Assembly (NCBI GenBank): GCA_948466335.1
Contig: CAOKAE010000002.1
Coordinates: 28,029 to 92,028, forward strand
DNA from: an uncultured Coriobacteriia bacterium
Lineage (GTDB): Bacteria > Actinomycetota > Coriobacteriia > Coriobacteriales > QAMH01
Direction: 5' to 3'
DNA length: 64,000 nt
The notes beneath the pieces are model-generated. The model made no database searches. It was not told the origin of the DNA and was given only the letters and a program-made list of their open reading frames with translations. The translations under genes and the position numbers were made by a program. Positions 45,193-55,100 of this stretch are shown here, piece after piece (the stretch's first letter is position 1; each line of letters begins with the position of its first letter).

Positions 45193-46500
45193 CTAGGCCA
45201 GCACCTCGCGGGCGGGACCGGTGACCTTGCCGACACGCACGTGGTCGCGCGTGACCGCCGTGCCGTTGGCGAGTTCGTAGCCCGGCATGATGTCGAGCAG
45301 GGGCGTCACGACAAAGTCACGCTCGAGCGCAAGCGGGTGCGGCAGGTCAAGTTTCTCGTCGGCACAGACGACACCTGCATAGTCGATGATGTCCAGGTCG
45401 AGGGGCCGCGGTCCGTTTTCGACGCCGCGCACGCGGCCGTGCTCGTCTTCCAGGTCATGTAGGGTACGCAAAAGGTCGCGAGGCGAGAGCGTGGTCTGTA
45501 TTGCCGCGACAGCATTGACGAAGGAAGCCTGCTCCTCGAGGTAGGCGGGCTCGCTCATCACGTATTCGGAGACGGCGCCGATCCATATGTCGGGATTGAG
45601 GCGCAGGCTCGTGAGCGCGTCATCGATGTGTTCGCAGCTGTTGCCCATGTTGGAACCGAGCCCGATGATCGCCCGGTGCGAGTCACGGAGCATCTCGCGT
45701 GTGGCGGCCACGTTGTGCGCGCGTATGACATGCGCCCCCTGGTCGGCCATGAACGCTGCGCAGAGGGCCGACGCGCGATCGCGCATGGACGGCGTGCTCT
45801 CGGCGACGATGGCACCGATGAACGACTTGCGGCTCACGGCGGCCATGAGCGGATAGCCGAGATCGGCAAACCGTGCCGTGGCCTGTATGAGCCTCAGGTT
45901 GTGCACAACGTTCTTGCCAAAGCCGATGCCAAAGTCCAGGCAGATGCGTTGCGGGGCGACGCCCTCGGCATCGAGGCGCGCGACCATGCGCATGAGCTCC
46001 TGCTCGACGTCGAGAACGACGTCATCATAGGAGGGAGCCTCCTGCATGGTTTTGGGCGTGCCACGCATGTGCATGACCACTAGGCCCACGTCGCTATGGG
46101 TCGCCACCTCGCGCATCTCGGGGCTTCTGAAGCCGGAGACGTCGTTGATGATGCAGGCACCGGCATCGATGCACGCTGCGGCGACGGATGCGTGACGCGT
46201 GTCGATGCTCACCGCGACACCCTGCGAGGCAAGTTCGCGCACGACGGGCAGCACGCGGGAAAGCTCGAGTTCGGGCGAGACCTCTTCGGCACCGGGCCTG
46301 GTCGACTCGCCGCCCACGTCTATGATGTCCGCACCGGTGGCAAGCAGCTTGCGGGCATGCTCGATTGCCTCGGGAGCGGTGGCATGCATGCCACCGTCGC
46401 TGAACGAATCGGGCGTGACGTTGCAAATGCCCATGACCACGGGGGACGCAAGGTCAAAGTCAAAGGGGCCACAGTGCCATTCACGTGCCCACATGCGCAT
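45193..46500 (-). CDS. folP: fused dihydropteroate synthase (N-terminal) and HPPK (C-terminal)
   Basis: DHPS motifs (GICNVTPDSFSDGG, DVGGESTRPG, INDVSG) are followed directly by the HPPK region (IGLGSNMG..., GPRPLDLDII). Confidence 0.9.
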   Translation of the reverse strand: MRMWAREWHCGPFDFDLASPVVMGICNVTPDSFSDGGMHATAPEAIEHARKLLATGADIIDVGGESTRPGAEEVSPELELSRVLPVVRELASQGVAVSIDTRHASVAAACIDAGACIINDVSGFRSPEMREVATHSDVGLVVMHMRGTPKTMQEAPSYDDVVLDVEQELMRMVARLDAEGVAPQRICLDFGIGFGKNVVHNLRLIQATARFADLGYPLMAAVSRKSFIGAIVAESTPSMRDRASALCAAFMADQGAHVIRAHNVAATREMLRDSHRAIIGLGSNMGNSCEHIDDALTSLRLNPDIWIGAVSEYVMSEPAYLEEQASFVNAVAAIQTTLSPRDLLRTLHDLEDEHGRVRGVENGPRPLDLDIIDYAGVVCADEKLDLPHPLALERDFVVTPLLDIMPGYELANGTAVTRDHVRVGKVTGPAREVLA

Positions 46501-47097
46501 CTACCTTCCCTGTCGGATGAGGCTCAGGGCCTCGGCACGGGTCTCCGGTGACGAGCGGAGCGATCCGCGCACGGCCGACGTCGTCGTCTTCGACCCGGGT
46601 TTCTTGATACCGCGCATGGACATGCACAGGTGCTCGCACTCGAGCACGACGAGCACGCCCTGGGGGTCGAGCTCTTCGACGAGCGTGTCCGCGACCTGCG
46701 AGGTCAGGCGCTCCTGCACCTGCGGACGACGTGCAAAGAGGTCGACCAGGCGTGCGAGTTTGGAGATGCCGCAAATCTGACCGGACGGATTGGGGACGTA
46801 GGCCACGTGGGCCACCCCGTAGAACGGCACGAGATGATGCTCGCAGATGGAATAGACGGGGATGTCGTGGACGAGCACCATCTCCTGGTGCCCCTCGTTG
46901 AACTTCTTGACGAAGAGATCGGCGGGGTCCTCGTTCAGACCGGCGAGGATTTCCTCGTACATGCGCGCCACGCGCGCAGGCGTCTCGCGCAGGCCCTCGC
47001 GGTCCGGGTCCTCGCCCACACCCTCGAGAATGAGCCTGACGCCTTCCTCTATTTTGGCGGTATCCACGCTAGCGCTCCCGTTCCTTGGACTCGTCAT
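46501..47097 (-). CDS. folE: GTP cyclohydrolase I
   Basis: Contains CEHHLVPF and ECEHLCM. The start is uncertain: ATG 47097 overlaps the ftsH end, and GTG 47067 is the alternative. Confidence 0.9.
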   Translation of the reverse strand: MTSPRNGSASVDTAKIEEGVRLILEGVGEDPDREGLRETPARVARMYEEILAGLNEDPADLFVKKFNEGHQEMVLVHDIPVYSICEHHLVPFYGVAHVAYVPNPSGQICGISKLARLVDLFARRPQVQERLTSQVADTLVEELDPQGVLVVLECEHLCMSMRGIKKPGSKTTTSAVRGSLRSSPETRAEALSLIRQGR

Positions 47098-49108
47098 CGG
47101 GAAGCGGAGGCATGACGGGGGCCTCGTCAGAAGGCCCGAGAATGGACTTGCCGCCATCCAGGTCGCCGGTGATGATGGGCTCGGGACCTTCGCGCCTCTC
47201 CTCTTCCAGCTCCTTAGGATGATCCTTCTCCCAAGCCAGATACTCGTCCCACTTGTTGTCGAGCAGCGCGGTCACCGCCTTGCCCTCGACGGTCTCGCGC
47301 TCGAGCAGCACCTGAGCCATGAGTTCGAGCTGGGCGCGGTTCTCGGAGAGGATGCGGTAGGCCGTGTCGTGCGCCGTCGTCATAAGGCGCGCGACCTCCT
47401 CGTCGATGGTGTTGGCCGTCTCCTGGCTGTAGTCCGGCGTCGAACCGAAGTCGCGACCCAGGAAGACCTCCTGGTTGGGCTCGCCGTAGACCTGATGGCC
47501 CAGGATGTCGCTCATGCCGTAGCGCGTGACCATGGCCTTCGCCATCTTCGTCGCGCGCTCGAGATCGTTGGAGGCGCCCGTCGTGACGTCGCCGTCGTTC
47601 ATGATCTCCTCGGCAACGCGGCCACCCAGGAACATGGCGAGGTTATCGATCATCTCGCTCTTGGATTGCAGGAAGCGGTCCTCGTCGGGAATGGACAGCG
47701 TGTAGCCGAGGGCCTGGCCACGGGCGATGATCGAGATCTTGTGGATGGGGTCGGCGTGCTTGAGCAGGTGGCCCACCAGTGCATGACCCGATTCGTGGTA
47801 GGCGATGGTCGTCTTCTCGTGCTCGGTCATGATGCGGCCCTTGCGCTCGGGACCGGCCACGACGCGCTCCATGGACTCCATGACCTCTTCGTTGGTGATG
47901 ACGCTCTTGTTGCGGCGAGCGGCCAGCAGGGCCGACTCGTTGAGCAGGTTTGCCAGGTCGGCACCCGTGAAGCCGCTCGTGAGCGAGGCCAGCGCCGCCA
48001 AGTCGACGTCGCTTGCCATGGGCTTGCCCTCGCAGTGCACCTTGAGGATCTGCTCGCGCCCCTTGAGGTCGGGACGGTCCACGACAATCTGGCGATCGAA
48101 ACGGCCGGGCCTGAGCAGGGCGGGATCGAGAATGTCGACGCGGTTGGTCGCGGCGATCATGATGACGGAATCGTTGCTCTCGAAACCGTCCATCTCGACG
48201 AGGAGCTGGTTGAGCGTCTGCTCGCGCTCGTCATGGCCACCGCCAAGACCGGCACCGCGCTGACGACCGACGGCGTCGATCTCGTCGATGAAAATGATGG
48301 CGGGGGCGTTCTCCTTGGCCTGGGCGAAGAGGTCGCGCACGCGCGAGGCGCCCACGCCAACGAACATCTCGACGAAGTCGGAACCGGAAATGCTGAAGAA
48401 GGGAACGCCGGCCTCACCGGCAACGGCGCGCGCAAGCAGCGTCTTGCCCGTACCTGGAGGGCCCACGAGCAGCACGCCACGGGGAATCTTCGCGCCCATG
48501 GCCTGGTACTTGGCGGGATTGGACAGGAAGTCCTTGATCTCCTCGAGCTCCTCGACGGCCTCGTCGATGCCGGCGACGTCGGAGAAGCGGACCTTGGGCG
48601 TCTCTTCCGAGACCTTCTTGGCCTTGGTCTTGCCAAACTGCATCTGCTTGTTGTTCGCGCCGCTCACCTGCGACATGAAGAAGATCAGCACGCCGAAGAT
48701 GAGAAGCAGGGGCAGAAGCGTCGTGAGAAGGGTCGTGATCCAGCCCGAGGTGGTGACGTCCTCGTTGTACTTGGTCTCGGGGTGGGCCGCCATGAGCTCC
48801 TGCAGCATGTCATCGCCCGTGTAGGTCGACTTGAAGCTGGACAACTCGCCGGCTTCCTTGGCCGCCGCGTCCTTGTAGTACGTGCCGTCGAGCGTGGCGG
48901 ATGCGGCATGATAGGTGACCTCGGCCACGCGGTCCTCGTTGACCGCGGTGACGAAATCGCTCGTGATGAGCTCGTCGATCTCCTCCTTGGCGCCGAAGTT
49001 CACGAGCTGGCTTCCCACGAGGGCGACGAGCACGAGGCCCAGCAGCACGTACAGTACGACGCTACGTAGGTTCGGACCCTTCTTCTTGGTGGTGTTGGGC
49101 TCTTCCAC
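47069..49108 (-). CDS. ftsH: ATP-dependent zinc metalloprotease FtsH
   Basis: N-terminal TM helices, AAA module [11 protein letters not shown] and zinc site HESGHA. Confidence 0.95.
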   Translation of the reverse strand: MEEPNTTKKKGPNLRSVVLYVLLGLVLVALVGSQLVNFGAKEEIDELITSDFVTAVNEDRVAEVTYHAASATLDGTYYKDAAAKEAGELSSFKSTYTGDDMLQELMAAHPETKYNEDVTTSGWITTLLTTLLPLLLIFGVLIFFMSQVSGANNKQMQFGKTKAKKVSEETPKVRFSDVAGIDEAVEELEEIKDFLSNPAKYQAMGAKIPRGVLLVGPPGTGKTLLARAVAGEAGVPFFSISGSDFVEMFVGVGASRVRDLFAQAKENAPAIIFIDEIDAVGRQRGAGLGGGHDEREQTLNQLLVEMDGFESNDSVIMIAATNRVDILDPALLRPGRFDRQIVVDRPDLKGREQILKVHCEGKPMASDVDLAALASLTSGFTGADLANLLNESALLAARRNKSVITNEEVMESMERVVAGPERKGRIMTEHEKTTIAYHESGHALVGHLLKHADPIHKISIIARGQALGYTLSIPDEDRFLQSKSEMIDNLAMFLGGRVAEEIMNDGDVTTGASNDLERATKMAKAMVTRYGMSDILGHQVYGEPNQEVFLGRDFGSTPDYSQETANTIDEEVARLMTTAHDTAYRILSENRAQLELMAQVLLERETVEGKAVTALLDNKWDEYLAWEKDHPKELEEERREGPEPIITGDLDGGKSILGPSDEAPVMPPLPDDESKERER

Positions 49109-49140
49109 TCAACTTCTCCTTATCTGGCAATCGTTCGGGT

Positions 49141-49680
49141 CTACTGGTAGACCTCTGGTTTAAGTGCGCCGATGCAGGGCAGGTTGCGGTATCGCTCGGC
49201 ATAATCGAGCCCGTATCCGACGATGAACTCGTCCGGACATTCGAACCCGACGTAGGCGCACGAAAGCTCGGCCTTCTGCGTGCCCCGCTTGCGCAGCAGG
49301 GCGGCGATCTCGAGCGTCGCGGGCTTGCGGCTGGAAAGCTCCCTGACGAGGAAGTCCAGCGTCAAACCCGAATCAAGGATATCCTCGGCGATGAGGACAT
49401 GCTTGCCCTCGATCGACATGCTCAAGTCCTTGACGATATCCACGGCCCCAGACGACGTGGCGCCCAGCCCGTAGGAGCTCACGGCCATGAAGTCCATCTC
49501 GACGGGCAGATCGATCGCACGAACGAGATCGGCCATGAAAACGGCGGCACCCTTGAGCACCGAAACGACGACAAGGGGTTGCCTGTCGGCATAATCGACG
49601 GCGATTTGCGCACCCATCTGCGCGACGCGGGCCCGGATCTGCTCCTGCGTGAAGAGCACTTCCTGTATGTCCTCGTACAC
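49141..49680 (-). CDS. hpt: hypoxanthine phosphoribosyltransferase
   Basis: 179 aa with the PRPP loop VLIAEDILDSGLTL. Confidence 0.9.
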   Translation of the reverse strand: MYEDIQEVLFTQEQIRARVAQMGAQIAVDYADRQPLVVVSVLKGAAVFMADLVRAIDLPVEMDFMAVSSYGLGATSSGAVDIVKDLSMSIEGKHVLIAEDILDSGLTLDFLVRELSSRKPATLEIAALLRKRGTQKAELSCAYVGFECPDEFIVGYGLDYAERYRNLPCIGALKPEVYQ

Positions 49681-49779
49681 AAAACGCCTTTCCGTCTCGA
49701 GACACTAGCTTGCACCATTATGTCATGTGCGAATAGAAAGTTAAGACTATATCGGCTTCGTCACGAAACCGCAAACAAA

Positions 49780-49803
49780 GAGACCCGCATGGACGCGGGT
49801 CTC
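49780..49803 (-). terminator. intrinsic terminator after the symporter gene
   Basis: Stem GAGACCCGC/GCGGGTCTC followed by TTTGTTTG on the minus strand. Confidence 0.7.
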
Positions 49804-49814
49804 TCGTCGTTTCC

Positions 49815-49840
49815 TGTGTCAGGGGGTCTGACCCCGTGTC
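49815..49840 (-). repeat. palindromic REP-like element, copy c
   Basis: Plus strand TGTGTCAGGGGGTCTGACCCCGTGTC, 7 nt from the symporter stop. Confidence 0.7.
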
Positions 49841-49847
49841 GCGTTTT

Positions 49848-51257
49848 CTATTTGTCGAGCTCGACCTCTTCGCCGTGATGATGGTTCTTCACGACCGCCG
49901 CGACCACACCGGACATGGCGAACAACGCGATGGCGTTGGGAATGACCATGAGCTGGTTGAACATGTCGGCCAGCTCCCATACCAGGTCATTGGACAAAAG
50001 CGAGCCCAGGAAGATGAAGACGAGCGCGATGACCGAGAAGATCCTGACCGGCATCTTGCCAAAGCGGGCAAAGAGATACTCGACGTTGAGCTTGGCGAAG
50101 AGATTCCAGCTCAGAATCGTCGAGAACGCGAACATGAGCAGGCATATGGCGACGAACGAGTTGCCGAAGGTCGTGCCGAAGAACGAGCCGAACGCGAGCT
50201 GCGCCATGTTGGTCTTGTCGATGCCCTCGGCAAGACCCGTCGCGTCGACGGAGAGCGGGCCGCCCACGTAGAGGACCGAGATGACGACGAGGGCAGTCAT
50301 GGTGACGACCACGAAGGTGTCGATGAAGACGCCGATCATGGCAACGGTACCCTGGTGATGCGGGTCCTTGACGTCGGCGAGCGCGTGGGCATGCGGCGTG
50401 GAGCCCATACCGGCCTCGTTGGAGAACAGGCCGCGTTTGGCACCCTGACTGATGGCCGCGATGATGCCGAACGTCACGCCGCCGACCTCAGCCTGCGGGT
50501 TGAACGCACATTGGAAGATGAGCGCGAAGGCGCCGGGCAGGTTCTGGATGTTGAGGATGAGGATGACGAGGCCGCCGATGAGGTAGATGATGGCCATGAT
50601 GGGCACGAGCTTTTCGGTGACAGATGCGAGGCGCTGCACGCCGCCGAGGAACACGAGGCCCGCGAAGAAGACGATGAGCAGGCCCATGACCCAGGTGGGG
50701 ATGCCAAAGGCGGTGTTGCAGGTGGCGGCAATGGAGTTGGACTGCACCATGCAACCCATGAAGCCGAGGGCCAGGATGATGGACACGGCGAAGAAGCCGG
50801 CGAGGAACTTACCGCCCGCACCCGTGAACGCCTTGGTGATGTAGTAGACCGGGCCGCCGTGGACGGTGCCGTCCTCATCGACCTCGCGCGTCTTCTGCGC
50901 GAGCACGGCCTCGGCGTAGTTGGTCGCCATACCGAGGAAGGCGATGAGCCACATCCAGAAGATGGCGCCCGGGCCACCGATGAGGATGGCGCCGCAGGCG
51001 CCGACGATGTTGCCCGTGCCGACCTGCGCGGCGACGGCCGTGGCAAGAGCCTGGAACGAGCTGATGCCGCTCTTCTTCTTGCCTCCGAAGAGGTTGAACT
51101 CGCCGAAGACGCGACGCATGCCCTCGCCGAAGAAGCGCACCTGCACGAACTTCGTGCGGATGGTGAACACGAGGCCCATGGCCACGAGCAGGATGATGAG
51201 CACGTAGTTAGACAGATAGGTGTTAATGGTTACGACGATGTCGTATAGGACGTCCAT
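49848..51257 (-). CDS. alanine/glycine:cation symporter (AGCS family)
   Basis: The start is set at MDVLYDIV (ATG 51257) after AGGGAGGG. Contains the FQALATAVAAQVGTGNIVG motif and is multi-TM. Confidence 0.9.
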   Translation of the reverse strand: MDVLYDIVVTINTYLSNYVLIILLVAMGLVFTIRTKFVQVRFFGEGMRRVFGEFNLFGGKKKSGISSFQALATAVAAQVGTGNIVGACGAILIGGPGAIFWMWLIAFLGMATNYAEAVLAQKTREVDEDGTVHGGPVYYITKAFTGAGGKFLAGFFAVSIILALGFMGCMVQSNSIAATCNTAFGIPTWVMGLLIVFFAGLVFLGGVQRLASVTEKLVPIMAIIYLIGGLVILILNIQNLPGAFALIFQCAFNPQAEVGGVTFGIIAAISQGAKRGLFSNEAGMGSTPHAHALADVKDPHHQGTVAMIGVFIDTFVVVTMTALVVISVLYVGGPLSVDATGLAEGIDKTNMAQLAFGSFFGTTFGNSFVAICLLMFAFSTILSWNLFAKLNVEYLFARFGKMPVRIFSVIALVFIFLGSLLSNDLVWELADMFNQLMVIPNAIALFAMSGVVAAVVKNHHHGEEVELDK

Positions 51258-51309
51258 AAGAAAAACCCTCCCTTGCAAAACAAAACAGCGCTGCCAGAGA
51301 AGGTCAAAA

Positions 51310-51395
51310 ATGTGCCTCTGTCCTTTTGCCTGAGAGTTTCGACCCGTGCGGGTCTTGCACCTTCGGCACTCATTTAAGAGATTCTCCAGAGTTTT
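51310..51395 (-). ncRNA. glycine riboswitch aptamer (single recognisable aptamer)
   Basis: Minus strand: CUCUGGAGA...GCCGAAGGUGCAA-GACCCGCACGGGUC-...CUCAGGCAAAAGGACAGAG. P1 strands are at 51387-51391 and 51316-51320. It lies in the 5' UTR of an AGCS gene, the classic context. Confidence 0.75.
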
Positions 51396-51549
51396 CTCCA
51401 CTCCCGGTCTCGCGCTCAAGCGGGATTCCGGAAGCTTCATCGAAAAACACAGCGGCGAGATTATCGTGCAACTCTTGCGTCCATGCAAGGAGTTTTTTCA
51501 TCTGGCTCGATTATCATGGGGGCATTATCCGGACGAACGATTGGCTGCC

Positions 51550-52245
51550 ATGAAGCTCCTGCTCGCAGAAGACGAACGACGCATGGCCGAGGCGCTTTTG
51601 GCGCTCCTGAAGCAGGAGGGCTATGACGTCGATTGGCATGCCGATGGCACCGAGGCACTGCTTGCCGCCCAAAGTGGCATCTACGACATCATCGTCCTCG
51701 ACGTCATGCTCCCCTCCCAAGACGGATTCTCGATTGCCCACGAGCTTCGCCGTGCGGGCACAGCCACGCCCATACTCATGCTCACGGCGCGCGGCGAGCT
51801 CGAGGACAAGGTGCGGGGGCTCGACAGTGGCGCCGACGACTACCTCGTGAAGCCCTTCCTCACGGCAGAGCTGCTCGCCCGCCTGCGTGCCCTCTCGCGG
51901 CGCGGCGGCACGGCAGGAAGCGGCGACGAGCTCTCGGTCGGAGACATCGCCCTCGACGAGCCGACGCTCACCCTGCGCAACACGCAGACGGGCGAGAGCG
52001 TGCGCCTGAGCGACAAGGAATTCCGCATACTCGAGTACTTCGCGCGCAATCGCAATCGCATCCTCACGCGCGAGCAACTGGCACAGCGCATCTGGGGAAA
52101 CAACTGCGACGCGGAATACAACAAGGTCGAGGTGTATTTGACGTTCACGAGGAAGAAACTCGCCTTCGTGGATTCACGCATCCAGATCAAGGCCGTGCGC
52201 GGCATCGGCTACGAGCTCCACATGCCCGACGAGGTGCTGTCATGA
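51550..52245 (+). CDS. OmpR-family response regulator
   Basis: The start is set at MKLLLAEDE. Receiver domain (IVLDVMLP, LTAR, KPF) plus a winged-helix output domain. Confidence 0.9.
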   Translation: MKLLLAEDERRMAEALLALLKQEGYDVDWHADGTEALLAAQSGIYDIIVLDVMLPSQDGFSIAHELRRAGTATPILMLTARGELEDKVRGLDSGADDYLVKPFLTAELLARLRALSRRGGTAGSGDELSVGDIALDEPTLTLRNTQTGESVRLSDKEFRILEYFARNRNRILTREQLAQRIWGNNCDAEYNKVEVYLTFTRKKLAFVDSRIQIKAVRGIGYELHMPDEVLS

Positions 52246-53507
52246 GAACGTCCGAGCTGTTCGAGCGTTCGCGCAAGCGCATCATTGCCGCCATCATGGC
52301 GGTGCTCGCGCTGCTCTTCATCGCCACGCTCGTCGCCATCTACGCCTTCAGCTACGCGGAGGTCTACGACCGCAACACGCGCATGCTCGAGGACTATGCC
52401 GCGGGTTACCAGACGGAACGGCTGCCCCTGGGTTTCACGCGGCCAAACGACGTGCCGCAGCGGCGCGATGACGGACGGCCGCAATCGGCCCCCTACTACG
52501 CCGTGCTCTTCGACATGCTCGGCAACGTCGTGGCCGTGGAGAACACCACGTCAAGCGGGTACACCAGCGGCGAGCTCGCCAGCCTCGCACGCGAGGCCGT
52601 CGGGAAGGGCGAGAAAAGCGGCTTGGAAGGCTCCCTCATGTTCGCCGTCGAACGTGCGGCGGGATACACGCTCGTCGCCTTCATGGACAACACGCTCGTC
52701 ACCGAGAGCATGGGAACGCTGTTTCGCTACACCCTCATCGTGGGCCTCATCGCACTCGTGGCGCTCTTCTTCGTCGCGCGTTGGCTTGCCGGTCGCATCG
52801 TGCGGCCCATGCAGCAAGCCTACGAGGCTCAGCGTCGCTTCATCTCGGATGCCGGCCACGAGCTCAAGACGCCCGTGGCGACCATGGAGGCAAATGCCGA
52901 GATGCTCCAGCGCGAGGTGGGCGATAACCGATGGCTCCATAACATGCGTCATGAAAACGAGCGCCTCGGTCTTCTCGTGGGCCAGCTTTTGGAACTCGCC
53001 CGCACCGAGGAACAGGCCGTGTCGCGCGACACGGTGGACTTGAGCCACGTCGTCGAGGCCGAAGCGCTCTCCAACGAGCCCCGGGCCTTCGAACGCGGCA
53101 TGCAGCTCATTGCCGACATTGAGGATGGCATCGAGGTCGAGGGAGACGAGGGCAAGCTCGCCCAGCTCGTGGCCATCCTGCTCGACAACGCCCTCAGCTA
53201 TGGCATGCCAAAATCGGACGTGGCCGTCACCCTTGACCGGTCAGGCCATGCAGCCCGGCTACGCGTGTCCAATGCCGTGGGTCCCGGCGATATCGAGCAT
53301 CTGGACACGACCGCGCTCTTCGATAGGTTCACGCGCGTGGACGAGGCGCGCACGGGCAGCGACGATGACAACGCGGAGACGCATTACGGCCTTGGCCTTG
53401 CCATCGCCCGCGCCATCACGGAAGCGCACGGCGGTAACATAGCCAGCACGCTCGACAAGCAGGCAGCTCGCATCACGTTCACGGCGGAGATTCCGCTCAA
53501 ACATTAG
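52242..53507 (+). CDS. sensor histidine kinase
   Basis: ATGA overlap with the regulator gene. Two TM helices, H-box SDAGHELKTP and an ATPase domain (GLGLAIAR). Confidence 0.9.
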   Translation: MRTSELFERSRKRIIAAIMAVLALLFIATLVAIYAFSYAEVYDRNTRMLEDYAAGYQTERLPLGFTRPNDVPQRRDDGRPQSAPYYAVLFDMLGNVVAVENTTSSGYTSGELASLAREAVGKGEKSGLEGSLMFAVERAAGYTLVAFMDNTLVTESMGTLFRYTLIVGLIALVALFFVARWLAGRIVRPMQQAYEAQRRFISDAGHELKTPVATMEANAEMLQREVGDNRWLHNMRHENERLGLLVGQLLELARTEEQAVSRDTVDLSHVVEAEALSNEPRAFERGMQLIADIEDGIEVEGDEGKLAQLVAILLDNALSYGMPKSDVAVTLDRSGHAARLRVSNAVGPGDIEHLDTTALFDRFTRVDEARTGSDDDNAETHYGLGLAIARAITEAHGGNIASTLDKQAARITFTAEIPLKH

Positions 53508-53581
53508 GGCGATTCAATCTTTGTTCAAGTTTTGTCTCCTATCATGCTTCGCATGGAACATGAAAGGGGCGTGATAACGCC

Positions 53582-55060
53582 ATGAGAAAAATCATCACCG
53601 CAATATTGGGAGCGGCGCTTGTTGCCGGACTTGCCGGTTGCTCTGCGCAAAGCACCCAGCAGGCAGACTCGAAGTACGCCAACATCGAATCCGAGCTCAA
53701 CTTCACCGAACGCGACATGGACGCGAGTTATGACGAGTCGACGGCCACGGTCATCGACCTTTCCGGCAATACGGCGCAAGTTCGGGGCGAGGGTGCCCGA
53801 GCAAACGGCAGCAAGGTCAGCATCACCGCAGAGGGAACCTACATCGTCCGCGGCACGCTTGGCAACGGCACCATCGACGTGAACCTGCCGAGCGACGATT
53901 CGAGCGCGCAAATCGTGCTCGACGGGACGAACATCCACAACGATGCCGGCCCTGCCCTGCAGGTGAGTAAGGGCGATGCGGTCTACCTCACGCTAGCCGA
54001 CGGCTCGGAAAACACCCTGAGTGATGGCAACGGCTATGCGCTCGAAGCCGGCGAGGACGAAGCCCAGGCCGCGCTTTGCACGGCATCTGACCTGACCATC
54101 AACGGCTCGGGCTCCCTCAACGTAAACGGAGCCTACTACCATGCGATCAGCTCGCAAGGGGCAGTCATCATCGCTGGCGGCAACATCGATATCGAATCTG
54201 CCGAAGATGGCGCGTTCGCCAACGGAGCCATCAAGATTGGCGGCGGCGATATCACCATCAACGCCGGTGATGACGGCCTGCATTCGGAGTACCTGCTCTA
54301 TGTTGCCGACGGCACCGTTGACGTGCAGCAAAGCGAGGAGGGCTTCGAAGCCGAACGCATCTACATCTATGGAGGCGATAGCTCCATCGTCTCCAAGGAC
54401 GACGGCGTGAACGCATCGCAGGCCGAGGCTGAGAAGGAGGCGAGCGAATCGGACGCGGCAAACGAAGCTCCGGCCGTGCCCGAGGGCAACATGGGCGAAC
54501 CGGCTGCTCGCTCCGACGGCAAAATGAGCGAGCCGCCCGCGGATGCACCGCAGATGTCGGACAGGCAAAAGCCGGAGCGTCCCGAAGGAGACGGGGGCAA
54601 ATCGCCCGCCGAAGGACAGGGTATGCAGCAGCCTGGCGGGCCAGACAACAAGCAGGAAAACGCGCCCGACATCGACGACGCCTACCTCATCCGAATCAAC
54701 GGCGGCGCCCTCACCGTGAATGCCGGCGGCGACGGCCTCGACTCCAGCGGCTACATCGAGATCAACGGCGGCACCGTGCTCGTGAGCGGAGCATCGAGCG
54801 CCGATGACAGCGGCCTGGACTACGAATATGGCGCCACGGTCAACGGCGGTGATGTCATCCTCGTAGGAGCAGCTGGCATGGCCGAGGACTTCACCGGCGG
54901 CACCCAAGCGCACCTGATGGAACGCCTGAACGGCAACGTCGGAAGCACCGTCGAGGTAAAGGATGCAAGCGGAAACGTGCTCGTCTCCTACGTCGTGCCC
55001 AAGGCATTTGAGGCAGTGACCGCATCGGCTCCTGGCGCTGCGAGCATCAGCGTGAAATAG
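53582..55060 (+). CDS. secreted lipoprotein with beta-helix-like repeats (Cthe_2159/DUF4353-like)
   Basis: Lipobox LAGC at residues 17-20. Repeated xIxIxGGxIxIxAxDDG-type units and an acidic/Pro linker. The family call is from memory. Confidence 0.6.
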   Translation: MRKIITAILGAALVAGLAGCSAQSTQQADSKYANIESELNFTERDMDASYDESTATVIDLSGNTAQVRGEGARANGSKVSITAEGTYIVRGTLGNGTIDVNLPSDDSSAQIVLDGTNIHNDAGPALQVSKGDAVYLTLADGSENTLSDGNGYALEAGEDEAQAALCTASDLTINGSGSLNVNGAYYHAISSQGAVIIAGGNIDIESAEDGAFANGAIKIGGGDITINAGDDGLHSEYLLYVADGTVDVQQSEEGFEAERIYIYGGDSSIVSKDDGVNASQAEAEKEASESDAANEAPAVPEGNMGEPAARSDGKMSEPPADAPQMSDRQKPERPEGDGGKSPAEGQGMQQPGGPDNKQENAPDIDDAYLIRINGGALTVNAGGDGLDSSGYIEINGGTVLVSGASSADDSGLDYEYGATVNGGDVILVGAAGMAEDFTGGTQAHLMERLNGNVGSTVEVKDASGNVLVSYVVPKAFEAVTASAPGAASISVK

Positions 55061-55100
55061 AGCAGACCATGAGGGGAACGTCGTTTGCGGGCATCTCCCC

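Noticed and set aside
51396-51545. Second (tandem) glycine aptamer upstream of the recognised one
   Set aside because: There is no second CCGAAGG/GGAGA/CAGGCAAAAGGAC set, only a GGAGA-containing stem. It is treated as a singlet pending a covariance-model scan.
51633-53507. 624-aa version of the histidine kinase ORF, and the 299-aa version of the response regulator (51346)
   Set aside because: The upstream extensions overlap the neighbouring gene or the riboswitch and are non-homologous. The ATGA-coupled start at 52242 and ATG 51550 give canonical domain boundaries.
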